Shown here piece by piece: positions 46,998 through 57,178 of a stretch of DNA of 64,000 bases. The position numbers and the translations under genes are program-made. The first letter of the stretch is position 1. The number at the start of each line of letters is the position of its first letter. The notes beneath the pieces were generated by a model. It saw only the letters and a list, made by a program, of their open reading frames with translations, was not told the origin of the DNA and did no database searches. This DNA is from Candidatus Altimarinota bacterium (GTDB lineage Bacteria > Patescibacteriota > Gracilibacteria > UBA1369 > GCA-2718715): NCBI GenBank assembly GCA_041242255.1, contig JBESAV010000001.1, positions 224,001 to 288,000 on the forward strand. Direction: 5' to 3'.

Positions 46998-48683
46998 ATG
47001 AATAATGTTTCAGTACTCGGTAGAAAATGGCAATTAGCAAATAAGAATCAGTCAGAAGACATAGTTACGACTCTGTTACACAACCGAGGCATCATAGATG
47101 CAAATTTAGTAGAAAAATATTTAAACCCACAGTTTAACGACTTTCATGACCCTTTCTTGATGGAAGATATGGCGGGTTCAATCGAACGTATCCATGATTC
47201 TATCAAAAAAGGAGAGCGAATAATTGTTTTTGGTGACTACGATGTAGATGGTGTAACAGGTACAGCAATAGTTTACCTAGCCCTTCGTGAACTTGGTGCA
47301 AATGTTAGTTACAGGCTTCCTTCTCGAAACGAAGACGGATATGGCCTCAACGAAAAGCTAATTGATGAAATCCACGATGTTCATGCCAAACTCCTCATCA
47401 CTGTCGATTGTGGTATTTCTTGTAATTCTGAAATCGACTATGCCCAGTCCAAAGGTATTGATGTAATCATCACAGATCATCATACAATCCCTGAAGAAGT
47501 CCCAAAGGCTAACTTCATACTTCATCCTAAACAAGACAAAAACTACCCATTTGATGAGCTTACCGGAGCTGGAGTAGCTCTTAAGTTAGCATCTGCTTTG
47601 CTAAAGGACAAATACGACGAAAAAACTTATGAGAAAAAAATCAAAAAATACTTAGACCTAGCAACCCTCGGAACAATCGCCGATCTAGGACCACTTCAAG
47701 ATGAAAACCGTTTAATAGTAAAAACCGGCCTCAAACAAATGCAGATGACTGAATGGGAGGGTTTATACTATTTGTTAGAGATCTGTGGTCTCGACCCAGA
47801 AAGTGAAATCGACGCTAGCCACATAGGTTTCCGAATTGCTCCAAGGATAAACGCCGCTGGAAGACTTGATAGCCCATACTATGCCCTAAAGCTCTTCTTA
47901 AGTGGTGGGGTAAAAGCCAAAAAATTCGCTGAAAAACTAGAGAAAATCAATAAAGAACGCCAACGCCTAACCGAAATCATAATCAATGAAGCCGAAGATA
48001 TTGTAGCCGAACAACTAAGCAAAGAGCGTATCTTAATCGCATATCATCCAAGCTGGAAGTCAGGTCTAGTTGGTATAATTGCAGGAAGACTTTCTTCCAA
48101 TCATGCTATGCCAGTAATAATCATGGAAGAAAGAGACAATAATTATATTGGTTCAGCTAGAGGACCAGAGTACTTCGACATGGTAGAAGCTCTCCGACAT
48201 TGCGAAGATCTTTTAGAAAACTACGGTGGTCATTTGCAAGCTGCTGGTTTCACTCTTCCAAAAAAGAATCTTGATGAGTTTATTCAAAAAATCCAAAGCT
48301 ACGCTCGAGATGAGATAAGCAAGAAAGATCAAATCCCTGTCCTTGAAATAGATTCAACTCTTAAAGGAAATAGAATAACCAGAGGCCTTATCAAGGCAAT
48401 TAGCGAACTTAAACCGTTTGGTCAAAAGAACCCTAAGCCAGTCTTCATGCTGGAAGGTGTATCCTTTAAAAACGTGAAAAGAGTCGGCCAAGATAAAAAA
48501 CATGCATTAGGAAAGATAAAAGACGGCGAGCAAGAGTTCAGTTTCATAGCTTTTGGACTAGCCGATCAAATACAAGAGATAGATGCCTACAAAAACGTAA
48601 ACATTGCCTTCCACCTAGGATTAAACACATTTAGAGGGAGAACAAGCATTCAGCTTCAAGTAATAGATATCCAAATCACCTAG
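46998..48683 (+). CDS. recJ: ssDNA exonuclease RecJ
   Basis: GDYDVDG, ITVDCG, TDHH, PRINAAGR and GGHLQAAG motifs. Confidence 0.97.
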   Translation: MNNVSVLGRKWQLANKNQSEDIVTTLLHNRGIIDANLVEKYLNPQFNDFHDPFLMEDMAGSIERIHDSIKKGERIIVFGDYDVDGVTGTAIVYLALRELGANVSYRLPSRNEDGYGLNEKLIDEIHDVHAKLLITVDCGISCNSEIDYAQSKGIDVIITDHHTIPEEVPKANFILHPKQDKNYPFDELTGAGVALKLASALLKDKYDEKTYEKKIKKYLDLATLGTIADLGPLQDENRLIVKTGLKQMQMTEWEGLYYLLEICGLDPESEIDASHIGFRIAPRINAAGRLDSPYYALKLFLSGGVKAKKFAEKLEKINKERQRLTEIIINEAEDIVAEQLSKERILIAYHPSWKSGLVGIIAGRLSSNHAMPVIIMEERDNNYIGSARGPEYFDMVEALRHCEDLLENYGGHLQAAGFTLPKKNLDEFIQKIQSYARDEISKKDQIPVLEIDSTLKGNRITRGLIKAISELKPFGQKNPKPVFMLEGVSFKNVKRVGQDKKHALGKIKDGEQEFSFIAFGLADQIQEIDAYKNVNIAFHLGLNTFRGRTSIQLQVIDIQIT

Positions 48684-48790
48684 TCGTTGACTACTCAAAC
48701 TTGATCATATAGTATCAAATCTTACTTGTTACGTGTTTGACAAAAAAGTCGAATTACAATACAATTAATAGATTATGTTAATACTTTCTA

Positions 48791-50488
48791 ATGGTCGATT
48801 TTCAAAAAGCAACTGAAGCTATCAAACACCACGAAAACATTTTAATTCTACCTTCTAGTCCTGTTGATGGGGATAGTATAGGTAGTGCTTTAGCAGTTTA
48901 TTCTTTGCTCCAAGCAATGGGCAAAAATGCAACTGTGGTTTTAACTTCAGAGATACCAGATATATATAGGTTTTTACCAAATATTGATTCAGTACAAAAG
49001 ACCGCACAATTATATTCTGACTTTATGATTACAATTGATCTAAAAAACCAGAAATTAGAAAACATCAAACATGAAATCGTAGACAATAAAGTGAATATTA
49101 TTGTTACTCCTGAACATGGTACTTTCTCACAAGACCAAGTAGCTTTCCCAGAACCTAAAAAATATTTTGATCTACTAATAACTGTAGACTGTGCTGATCT
49201 TACTCAGCTTGGATCATTTTATAAGCAAAATTACGCAGTTTTTTCTGACATTCCATCAATAAATATTGATCATCATGTTTCCAATAAACAGTTTGGATCA
49301 CTTAATCTAGTAGACACTGCAGTATCTTCAACAACTCAGCTACTTTTCTCATGGTTTAAGTCCATGAATGCTCAGATTGATGAAGATATAGCTACATTAC
49401 TTTTAGCAGGTATCATCACGGACACTGGAAGTTTCCAAAACGCCAACACTACCCCAGAATGTTTCGATGCCGCTGCAGAATTAATCGATTTAGGTGGACG
49501 TCAGCAGGAAATCATAAGACACGTATACAAAACTAAACAGCTAAATAGCTTGAAGCTTTGGGGGAAAATTCTTTCCAAAATTCAAGTCAATGAAACCTAC
49601 AGATACCTTTGGTCATCTGCTACACAATCTGATTTCCAACAAACCGGAACTATATCTTCAGACAAAGGTGACATAATCGATGAGCTTATGTCTAACGCTC
49701 AAGAAGCAGATGTAATTCTTCTTCTCGAGGAAAAACCAGACGGAAGCCTGCACGGAAGTCTTAGATCAACTTCAGAAGCAATTGATATATCTCCAATTGC
49801 AGAAAAATACAATGGCGGAGGTCATACCATGGCTAGTGGATTCACTATTCCAAATGCAACAGTAGATACTCACCAAAACCAGATTCTAGCTGCAATTGAA
49901 GAGTTCCAAAAACAAAGAATGAATAGTCCACAAACCGAGCAAGCACCTTCAGGTGAACTAAAACCAGAACCAAATCCAAAGTCCCCAAGTCCAATATTTG
50001 AACCAACAGTTCCTGCCCAAGCAGAACTTACCTCAGATAACTCACCGACTCCTTCTACAAATACTAAAACTCAAGAAGAAGAATCTTTACCACAAGAATC
50101 TAAGCCAACAGAAACTGAAGAGCCACAAGCAAGCTATGATATTGATGTACCAAAATCGGAGTCCAATAAACTAGAACAAGATCAATCAATCAAAACTAAT
50201 CAACAAGATCAAGAAGACCTAGATAACTTACCTTCTGTTGATCAAATAATTGGTGGTAGCGACAGCGAAACACCTCAAGCTGAGTCAGTAGGCGACTCGC
50301 AGTTGCAAGACCCTTCAGAGGAGAATTTTGAGCCTCTAGACCTTGCTGAGGAACTGAATAACTTCAATCAAACTTTCCAATCAGATCCATTACAAGAAAA
50401 TCAAACTCCTAAACCAAAAGAAGAAAACATTGATAAGCTCACAAGAGATTTCGTCTCAAAAGAAGATCAAACTGAAGACTCACAATAA
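48791..50488 (+). CDS. DHH/DHHA1 phosphoesterase (NrnA-like) with long acidic low-complexity C-terminal tail
   Basis: VDGDSIGS, NIDHH, DTGSF, SLRS and GGGH motifs; the last ~190 aa are E/Q/S/P-rich. Confidence 0.85.
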   Translation: MVDFQKATEAIKHHENILILPSSPVDGDSIGSALAVYSLLQAMGKNATVVLTSEIPDIYRFLPNIDSVQKTAQLYSDFMITIDLKNQKLENIKHEIVDNKVNIIVTPEHGTFSQDQVAFPEPKKYFDLLITVDCADLTQLGSFYKQNYAVFSDIPSINIDHHVSNKQFGSLNLVDTAVSSTTQLLFSWFKSMNAQIDEDIATLLLAGIITDTGSFQNANTTPECFDAAAELIDLGGRQQEIIRHVYKTKQLNSLKLWGKILSKIQVNETYRYLWSSATQSDFQQTGTISSDKGDIIDELMSNAQEADVILLLEEKPDGSLHGSLRSTSEAIDISPIAEKYNGGGHTMASGFTIPNATVDTHQNQILAAIEEFQKQRMNSPQTEQAPSGELKPEPNPKSPSPIFEPTVPAQAELTSDNSPTPSTNTKTQEEESLPQESKPTETEEPQASYDIDVPKSESNKLEQDQSIKTNQQDQEDLDNLPSVDQIIGGSDSETPQAESVGDSQLQDPSEENFEPLDLAEELNNFNQTFQSDPLQENQTPKPKEENIDKLTRDFVSKEDQTEDSQ

Positions 50489-50497
50489 AACCGAAAT

Positions 50498-50524
50498 AAA
50501 AGCCCTACTCACTAGGGCTTTTTT
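50498..50524. terminator. Bidirectional terminator between the convergent DHH gene and uvrA
   Basis: AAAAGCCCTA-CTCAC-TAGGGCTTTTTT. Confidence 0.75.
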
Positions 50525-50529
50525 AGTAT

Positions 50530-53418
50530 CTACATTATTTTCTTCAACCATTGAGCTGTATAGGTATCGCTATTCTTTACAACTTCTTCAGGACTACCCT
50601 CAGCAACAATCATTCCTCCATGATCACCACCGTCAGGCCCAAGATCAATAATATGATCTACAGTTTTCACAACATCCAGGTTATGTTCGATAACTAAAAC
50701 AGTATTTCCAAGGTCAGCTAAAGTATGCAAAACCTCCAAGAGTTTAGACACATCTTGAAAGTGCAATCCAGTCGTAGGTTCATCAAGCACGTATAAGGTC
50801 TTACCAGTAGATCTTTTAGAAAGCTCAGTTGCTAGTTTAACCCTTTGCGCTTCACCACCAGATAAAGTATTAGCTTGCTGTCCAAGATGAATGTAATCCA
50901 AACCAACAGATTTAAGAGTTTCTAACTTATTTTTTATTGAAGGGATCGCATTGAAAAACTCATAACCTTCTTCAACTGTCATACTCAAGATATCAGCAAT
51001 ATTTTTACCTCTATAGGTTATCTCTAATGTCTCAGCATTATATCTTTTACCATCACAAACTTCACAAGTAACATGAACATCAGGCAAGAAATGCATCTCA
51101 ATTTTCTTAACTCCATCTCCACTACAAGCTTCACATCTTCCACCTTTTACATTAAAGCTAAATCGACCAATTTTATAACCTCTAAGTTTAGCCTCATTAG
51201 TTTGTGCCATAAGTTTTCTTATGTCAGTAAATACTCCAGTATAAGTTGCTGGATTAGATCTTGGAGTTCTACCGATAGGGGACTGATCAATATTGATAAC
51301 TTTATCGACATGTTCAAGTCCAGATATCTTTTTGTAAGCTCCAGGCCTAGCTTTTGATCTTTTGTTTACACTTTTTGCAGCTGCTTTCAAAAGAATCTCA
51401 TTAACGAGCGTGGATTTTCCAGAACCAGAAACACCAGTCACAGCAATAAACTTACCAAGCGGAAATTTAACCGAAACATCTTTCAGATTATTCTCACTAG
51501 CTTTCTCAATTTCAATAAATTTACCATTACCTTTTCTTCTATCTTCAGGAACTTCAAATTTAAGTCTACCTGAAAGGAAACCTCCCGTTACAGAATTTTC
51601 ATCATCCATTATTTCTTGAGGAGTACCTTCAGATATAACATTTCCTCCATGTTTCCCAGCTCCAGGACCAATATCCAAGATGTGATCCGCGGCCAGCATA
51701 GTATCCATATCATGTTCAACTACTATTACGGTATTACCTAAATCTCTAAGTCCAAGTAGAGTTGTAATTAGTCGGTCATTATCTTTTTGATGTAAACCAA
51801 TAGAAGGTTCATCAAGCACATACAATACTCCTGACAATTTCGAACCAATTTGTGTCGCAAGTCTTATCCTTTGCGCTTCACCACCAGACAGGGTATTTGC
51901 ACTTCTGTTAAGTGATAAGTAACCAAGTCCTACATTCATCAGAAATTCAAGTCGCGACTCAATCTCCATCAAAATCATCTTGGCAATCTCTTGATCAGTT
52001 TTACTCATTTCTAGTGAATCAAAAAACTCAATAGCTTTCTCCACAGAAAGCTCAGTCACATGCATAATCGATTGACCATTAATTAAAACAGACATTACCT
52101 CAGGTCTAAGCCTATTCCCCTTACATACAGGACAAGTCATCTCTTGCATGTAACCTTCAATCTTCCTTCTCGAATATTCACTTTCAGTCTCTCTATATCT
52201 TCTTTCTAGGTTCGGAATAACCCCTTCATAGGTAGTCAGGTAGTCCTGCTGAGTACCTTTAGATGTTATATAATTCACCTCATACTCAATATCATCTGTA
52301 CCATAAAGAACAACTTTTTGTTGTTCAGCAGATAAGCTCTTGAAAGGTTTATCCATAGGAATGTCGTATTTCTCAGCAACTGCTTCAAGTAAGGCAAAGT
52401 ACCATCCACTTCCAGATCCAGACGATGCCCATGGCTGTATAGCCCCCTCCTCTAAAGAAAGTTTAGCATTTGGAACTATCAAGCTTGGTTCAATAACCTG
52501 TTTCGACCCAATCCCATGACACTCAGGACACGCTCCATGTGGCGAGTTAAACGAAAATAGTCTAGGCTCAAGATCTGGAAATTGTATATTCCCTCTGCTT
52601 GAAGAGTAATTCTCTGAAAAATGAATTTCTTCACCTGTGTCATGGTTTTGAATAATCATTCTTCCTTCTCCAAATCTCACTGCAGTCTGAACCGAGTCAG
52701 CCAAACGTGTTCTTTGTGGATTAGGCTCTTGAAGAACCTCTCCATTACTAGTTTTTGTCTCAATGAATTGTTGGAAATTCTTCACAACTAACCTATCAAC
52801 AACAATATCTATCGTATGCTTCTTTTTCTCATCAATCTTCGGTAAATCCACAATGCTATACATCTCACCATCAACTCTTACTCTTATAAAACCTTCACTC
52901 TTAATCTTTTCAAAAAGTCTTTCATGAGAACCTTTTCTATCTTTAATAGCTGGTGCCAATATCAAAATCTTTTGACCTTCAGGCATATCTGCAACAGCAT
53001 CAACCATCTGACTGATAGTTTGCTTAGTTAAAAGCTCACCAGTTTCTGGATCATGTGGCTTACCAACCTTTGCAAATAGAAGCCTCAAATAATCATATAT
53101 TTCAGTTACAGTCCCGACAGTAGAACGAGGATTTCTAGGTGCTGTTTTCTGATCAATCGATATAGCAGGAGACAACCCTTCAATAGCTTCTACATCAGGC
53201 TTTTCAGTGAGTTCCAAAAACTGCCTTGCATAAGTAGAAAGCGATTCAACATATCTCCTCTGACCCTCTGCATAAATAGTATCAAAAGCTAACGTTGACT
53301 TTCCAGAACCAGAAACACCAGTCACAACTGTTAACTTGTTTCTAGGAATAGAAACATCAATGTTTTTTAGATTATGCAATTTCGCACCTTTTACCCTCAA
53401 AAATTTTGGATCACTCAA
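50530..53418 (-). CDS. uvrA: Excinuclease ABC subunit A
   Basis: Two GVSGSGKS Walker A motifs, two LSGGEAQR signatures and zinc fingers. Confidence 0.98.
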   Translation of the reverse strand: MSDPKFLRVKGAKLHNLKNIDVSIPRNKLTVVTGVSGSGKSTLAFDTIYAEGQRRYVESLSTYARQFLELTEKPDVEAIEGLSPAISIDQKTAPRNPRSTVGTVTEIYDYLRLLFAKVGKPHDPETGELLTKQTISQMVDAVADMPEGQKILILAPAIKDRKGSHERLFEKIKSEGFIRVRVDGEMYSIVDLPKIDEKKKHTIDIVVDRLVVKNFQQFIETKTSNGEVLQEPNPQRTRLADSVQTAVRFGEGRMIIQNHDTGEEIHFSENYSSSRGNIQFPDLEPRLFSFNSPHGACPECHGIGSKQVIEPSLIVPNAKLSLEEGAIQPWASSGSGSGWYFALLEAVAEKYDIPMDKPFKSLSAEQQKVVLYGTDDIEYEVNYITSKGTQQDYLTTYEGVIPNLERRYRETESEYSRRKIEGYMQEMTCPVCKGNRLRPEVMSVLINGQSIMHVTELSVEKAIEFFDSLEMSKTDQEIAKMILMEIESRLEFLMNVGLGYLSLNRSANTLSGGEAQRIRLATQIGSKLSGVLYVLDEPSIGLHQKDNDRLITTLLGLRDLGNTVIVVEHDMDTMLAADHILDIGPGAGKHGGNVISEGTPQEIMDDENSVTGGFLSGRLKFEVPEDRRKGNGKFIEIEKASENNLKDVSVKFPLGKFIAVTGVSGSGKSTLVNEILLKAAAKSVNKRSKARPGAYKKISGLEHVDKVINIDQSPIGRTPRSNPATYTGVFTDIRKLMAQTNEAKLRGYKIGRFSFNVKGGRCEACSGDGVKKIEMHFLPDVHVTCEVCDGKRYNAETLEITYRGKNIADILSMTVEEGYEFFNAIPSIKNKLETLKSVGLDYIHLGQQANTLSGGEAQRVKLATELSKRSTGKTLYVLDEPTTGLHFQDVSKLLEVLHTLADLGNTVLVIEHNLDVVKTVDHIIDLGPDGGDHGGMIVAEGSPEEVVKNSDTYTAQWLKKIM

Positions 53419-53551
53419 GACTTCTAAATTAGATTTTAGACTTTCCTTAGCCTATCAGTCCCACACTAAATAATCAAATCAAAATTTATCAAGTCAAACT
53501 TTACTCCCCCCTCTAAAAAGGCTAAGATACGAACTAACTTAACAATTAAAA

Positions 53552-54823
53552 ATGAAGCACTTTCGTATCAAAGGTGGCAGAAAGCTATCAGGAAGTATTA
53601 AAGTAAACGGTTCCAAAAATGCAGTTTTACCAATAATTGCAGCCTCACTTCTAACTAACGAAGTTACAACACTAACAAACGTTCCTCATATTGAAGATGT
53701 CTACAAGATTTGTGAACTTCTGAATTCTCTTGGTGTAAATACAGATCTAAAAGACCACACTTTAAAAATTGACCCAACTCAGTTCAAAAACCCAGGTCAC
53801 ATCACAAAGCACGTCGGAAAGATGAGAGCCTCAATGATACTTGCAGGTCCTCTTCTAGCTAGATTTGGTGAAGTAGAGATGAATCATCCAGGTGGGTGTG
53901 TTCTTGGTAAAAGACCACTAGATACTCACATTCGTGGTTTCGAAGCCTTCGGTGCAATTCACGAAGCCGATGACGATAAGTTTAAGCTTACAATTGACGG
54001 AGATCTTCAAGCCCCAAACCTAACTCTTTCTGAAGCCAGTGTAACAGGAACTGAAAACCTCGTAATCCTTGCAGTAGCAACACCTGGTACGACAACTCTT
54101 AAAAACTGTGCCGTAGAGCCACACGTACAAGATATGTGTAATTTCCTAAATAAAATGGGAGCAGACATATCTGGTATTGGAACTAGTGTTCTGACAATCA
54201 ATGGAGGACAAACCCTAAAAGGTGTAGAGTATAGTGTTGTCCCAGATTATCTAGAAGCAGGTACGTTCCTTTTAGCAGGAGCAGTTACAAACAGCCGATT
54301 GAGAGTCGAGGATTTCAATCCAGCCGATTTAGACCTTTTCATTCAAAAAATGAGAGAAGTCGGGGTTGAGATAGAAGTAGGTGATAACTGGGCTGAAGTG
54401 ATTCAAGCCAATGATCTTAAAGCCATTAGAAATGTTAAGACCGCAGTTCATCCTGGTTTCCCAACTGATCTTCTAGCTCCATTCTCTATATTACTTACTC
54501 AAGCTCATGGAGCTAGTCAAATCTATGAAACTCTTTTTGAGGGAAGATTTAGTTACCTTTTTGAGTTAGAAAAAATGGGTGCAAAAGTTTACCTACAAAA
54601 CCCACATCAAGCCTTGATTATAGGGCCTACCAAACTTAAAGGTATGCCTGTAGCAAGTTGCGATATCCGTGCTGGAGCTGCTGTAGTGCTTGCCGCACTA
54701 GCTGCTGAAGGTGAAAGCTTCGTTACAAATATCAACTACATAGACAGAGGTTACCAAGATCTAGATAAAAGGCTTAAAGCCATAGGTGCAGATATTGAAA
54801 GAATAGAGTCTGACACAATTTAA
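53552..54823 (+). CDS. murA: UDP-N-acetylglucosamine 1-carboxyvinyltransferase
   Basis: GSKNAVLP, MRAS, PGGCVLGKRP (catalytic Cys present) and DIRAGAA. Confidence 0.97.
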   Translation: MKHFRIKGGRKLSGSIKVNGSKNAVLPIIAASLLTNEVTTLTNVPHIEDVYKICELLNSLGVNTDLKDHTLKIDPTQFKNPGHITKHVGKMRASMILAGPLLARFGEVEMNHPGGCVLGKRPLDTHIRGFEAFGAIHEADDDKFKLTIDGDLQAPNLTLSEASVTGTENLVILAVATPGTTTLKNCAVEPHVQDMCNFLNKMGADISGIGTSVLTINGGQTLKGVEYSVVPDYLEAGTFLLAGAVTNSRLRVEDFNPADLDLFIQKMREVGVEIEVGDNWAEVIQANDLKAIRNVKTAVHPGFPTDLLAPFSILLTQAHGASQIYETLFEGRFSYLFELEKMGAKVYLQNPHQALIIGPTKLKGMPVASCDIRAGAAVVLAALAAEGESFVTNINYIDRGYQDLDKRLKAIGADIERIESDTI

Positions 54824-54857
54824 AAATCCCTTAACCAACTAAATTTATCATAATTAT

Positions 54858-55706
54858 ATGAAGAAATTAGTTGGTTTTTATTTATCGTTTATTTTATTTG
54901 TTTTTTGGGCACAGTGGCCTCTTATTCAAGCAATAAATTCCTACAGACTTACCTTCTTAAATATTGGGCAGGGTGACTCTGTCCTTATTCAAACTCCCGA
55001 GAACTGCAGAGTACTTATTGATTCAGGTAAGCCAAATCAACTCAAAGACAATCTAATCAATATCCTCCCCTTCAACACAAGGCATATCGATATGATTATA
55101 ATAACTCACCCAGATCTTGATCATTATGGAGGGTTTATAGATTTACCATCCAAGTACAAAATCAGCCTAGCCCTATTATCTCCTCACCATAAAAGTAATT
55201 CCTCTTATAAAAAGCTAATAAGCCAACTAGAAGAAAATAAGGTTATAACCCATAAAATAACTAATCATTACAGCACAGAATTTTGTAGATTAAAGATAAA
55301 CTTCACCTCATTCTCATCAGACTCTGCTAACGGCGCTTCAATAGTTACACATGTTTATTTCCCAACTGGTCATTCGGTATTTTTAGGTGGAGATATAGAA
55401 AAGGAGCAAGAGCATCAGTTACTATTAAGTAATTTTCCTTTAAATTCAGACATTTACAAGTCCAGTCATCATGGTTCCAGTACAAGTAATTCTCATGAAA
55501 TACTCCAAAAAATAAGACCCAACTATATGGTTATACAGTCAGGTCTTCATAATTCTTATGGTCATCCTCACCTTAGCACTTTAAGAGATGCTTTTCAGGA
55601 AGATATAAAAGTACTTAGGAATGATCTACAAGGCCAAATTGATTTTTTCTTCTCAAACCATAGGCACATCCCAAAGCAAAGGTTAGTACTAGAGCTAAAG
55701 AAGTAG
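54858..55706 (+). CDS. Stand-alone ComEC-type metallo-beta-lactamase-fold domain
   Basis: FLNIGQGDS, THPDLDHYGG, HHGS and NSYGHPH motifs; one N-terminal TM and no Competence channel domain. Confidence 0.85.
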   Translation: MKKLVGFYLSFILFVFWAQWPLIQAINSYRLTFLNIGQGDSVLIQTPENCRVLIDSGKPNQLKDNLINILPFNTRHIDMIIITHPDLDHYGGFIDLPSKYKISLALLSPHHKSNSSYKKLISQLEENKVITHKITNHYSTEFCRLKINFTSFSSDSANGASIVTHVYFPTGHSVFLGGDIEKEQEHQLLLSNFPLNSDIYKSSHHGSSTSNSHEILQKIRPNYMVIQSGLHNSYGHPHLSTLRDAFQEDIKVLRNDLQGQIDFFFSNHRHIPKQRLVLELKK

Positions 55707-57075
55707 CTGGTCCTGTCTCAGCTAGTTCAAATTCAATAACCTGCCCAGCAGTCTCAGATCCATCAGCTACCACACTAATCTTTAGTTGATTATCGGTTCC
55801 AGACTTTAGATCGCTTAAAGTTACAGCGCCATCAGCAGGGTTTACATTGCTTCTGAGAACCGTGAAATTCTCACCATTATCTGTTGAAAGATAAATTCTA
55901 ATCTCACTTACATTCATTTCAGAACTAGGCACGTCCCAAAGAACACGCACTCCGCTCTCTAAGGTTTCAATTCTTAGGTTTTCTAACATAACCATATCCT
56001 GGTCAGGCTCTTCAGTTGTATCATCTTGGGCAACACCCTGGAAGTCTACTATTGAGTTGTCATCAGACATTGTTTGTCCATCAACACTTTCTAAAGCAGT
56101 TAAAATAAGTGAGTAAGTTACAACCTCCTGGCTATCAGTAACCAACAAGTATTTAGATAGGTCTTGGTTGTTTGGTTTAATCTCATTTACTGAAAGGAAT
56201 TGATTTGGATCATTCTTCTTAACAATAGTAAAAGAGCTTAGATCATTTTCATCTAAGTCTAGATCAGCATTAAAGTCTAGTTCAACTGCACTCATACCAT
56301 TTACATTGATCGCTTTAATATTGTCTATTCTCAAACCTGTCATTGCACTGGTAGTATCATCGGAATTAGCCGCATCATACCCGGTGAACTCTTGCGTTCT
56401 TGAGCTCTCTTGGATAGCTTCTCCAGAAGCATTCACAAAAAGCTCACTCAATTCCAATACATACATGCTATTTGGGCTTTGAGCATCAGTATTAACAACT
56501 AGTGTATTATTTTCATTTTCTTTAAGTCTAACCTCAGTTACATTCAAAGTGTTAGATGGCGACTGTAGAAGTCTTATAGTTACTTCCTCTCGTGCATTTT
56601 CAGGTAACACAACTTCTTCAGACATTGTAATCTCAATTCTACCAGCATCAACAACTTCAACTTCATCTACATCAAAGCCTTCTGAAGCAACAGTAGTAGC
56701 ACTTACTTCAGTACTATATTCTTCACTTGCAGATTGGCGGTTTTCACCAAAGGCTATGACAGAGAAGTAATAGGTTGTGTTTGGCGTAAGTCCATCAATT
56801 GTTATCTGGTTCACATCTGTTTCTTCAGGTGGAAGGTTATATGTATCTCCTTGCTGTACAACCGGTTCTGTCCCATATTCCACTGTATATGACTCAGCAA
56901 TTGCAATTTCATCCCATACCAAACTTACAGACTCAGAAGTAGTTTCAGTAACTCCTAGTCCAGTTACATTAAGGTCAGAAGTTTGGGTAACTGATTGAGC
57001 GTTAGCTAAACCAAGACTCATCAAGACTGCCCCAAAAACAAGTCCTGCAGTAGCTTTTTTTACTAATTTATTCAT
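55615..57075 (-). CDS. Fibronectin type III/Ig-like surface protein with LAETG-TM-basic tail
   Basis: Signal peptide, LVWD..YTVEYG..GLTPNTTYYFSV FN3 pattern, and C-terminal LAETGP + TM + RRK. Confidence 0.8.
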   Translation of the reverse strand: MNKLVKKATAGLVFGAVLMSLGLANAQSVTQTSDLNVTGLGVTETTSESVSLVWDEIAIAESYTVEYGTEPVVQQGDTYNLPPEETDVNQITIDGLTPNTTYYFSVIAFGENRQSASEEYSTEVSATTVASEGFDVDEVEVVDAGRIEITMSEEVVLPENAREEVTIRLLQSPSNTLNVTEVRLKENENNTLVVNTDAQSPNSMYVLELSELFVNASGEAIQESSRTQEFTGYDAANSDDTTSAMTGLRIDNIKAINVNGMSAVELDFNADLDLDENDLSSFTIVKKNDPNQFLSVNEIKPNNQDLSKYLLVTDSQEVVTYSLILTALESVDGQTMSDDNSIVDFQGVAQDDTTEEPDQDMVMLENLRIETLESGVRVLWDVPSSEMNVSEIRIYLSTDNGENFTVLRSNVNPADGAVTLSDLKSGTDNQLKISVVADGSETAGQVIEFELAETGPATSLALVLTFALGCAYGLRRKNQFGLVDHS

Positions 57076-57178
57076 TCATCTTTATTAAATCTTTTAATTA
57101 TAACATGAAATGCTACACCTTTAAACCACTTTCTTTACAAATATAAAGATGTATAATCCAGTCAACTAAAGAAAAACA

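Noticed and set aside
55615-55706. 92-bp convergent overlap between the ComEC-like and FN3 genes
   Set aside because: Most simply a non-conserved C-terminal run-on in a compact genome; no evidence of function.
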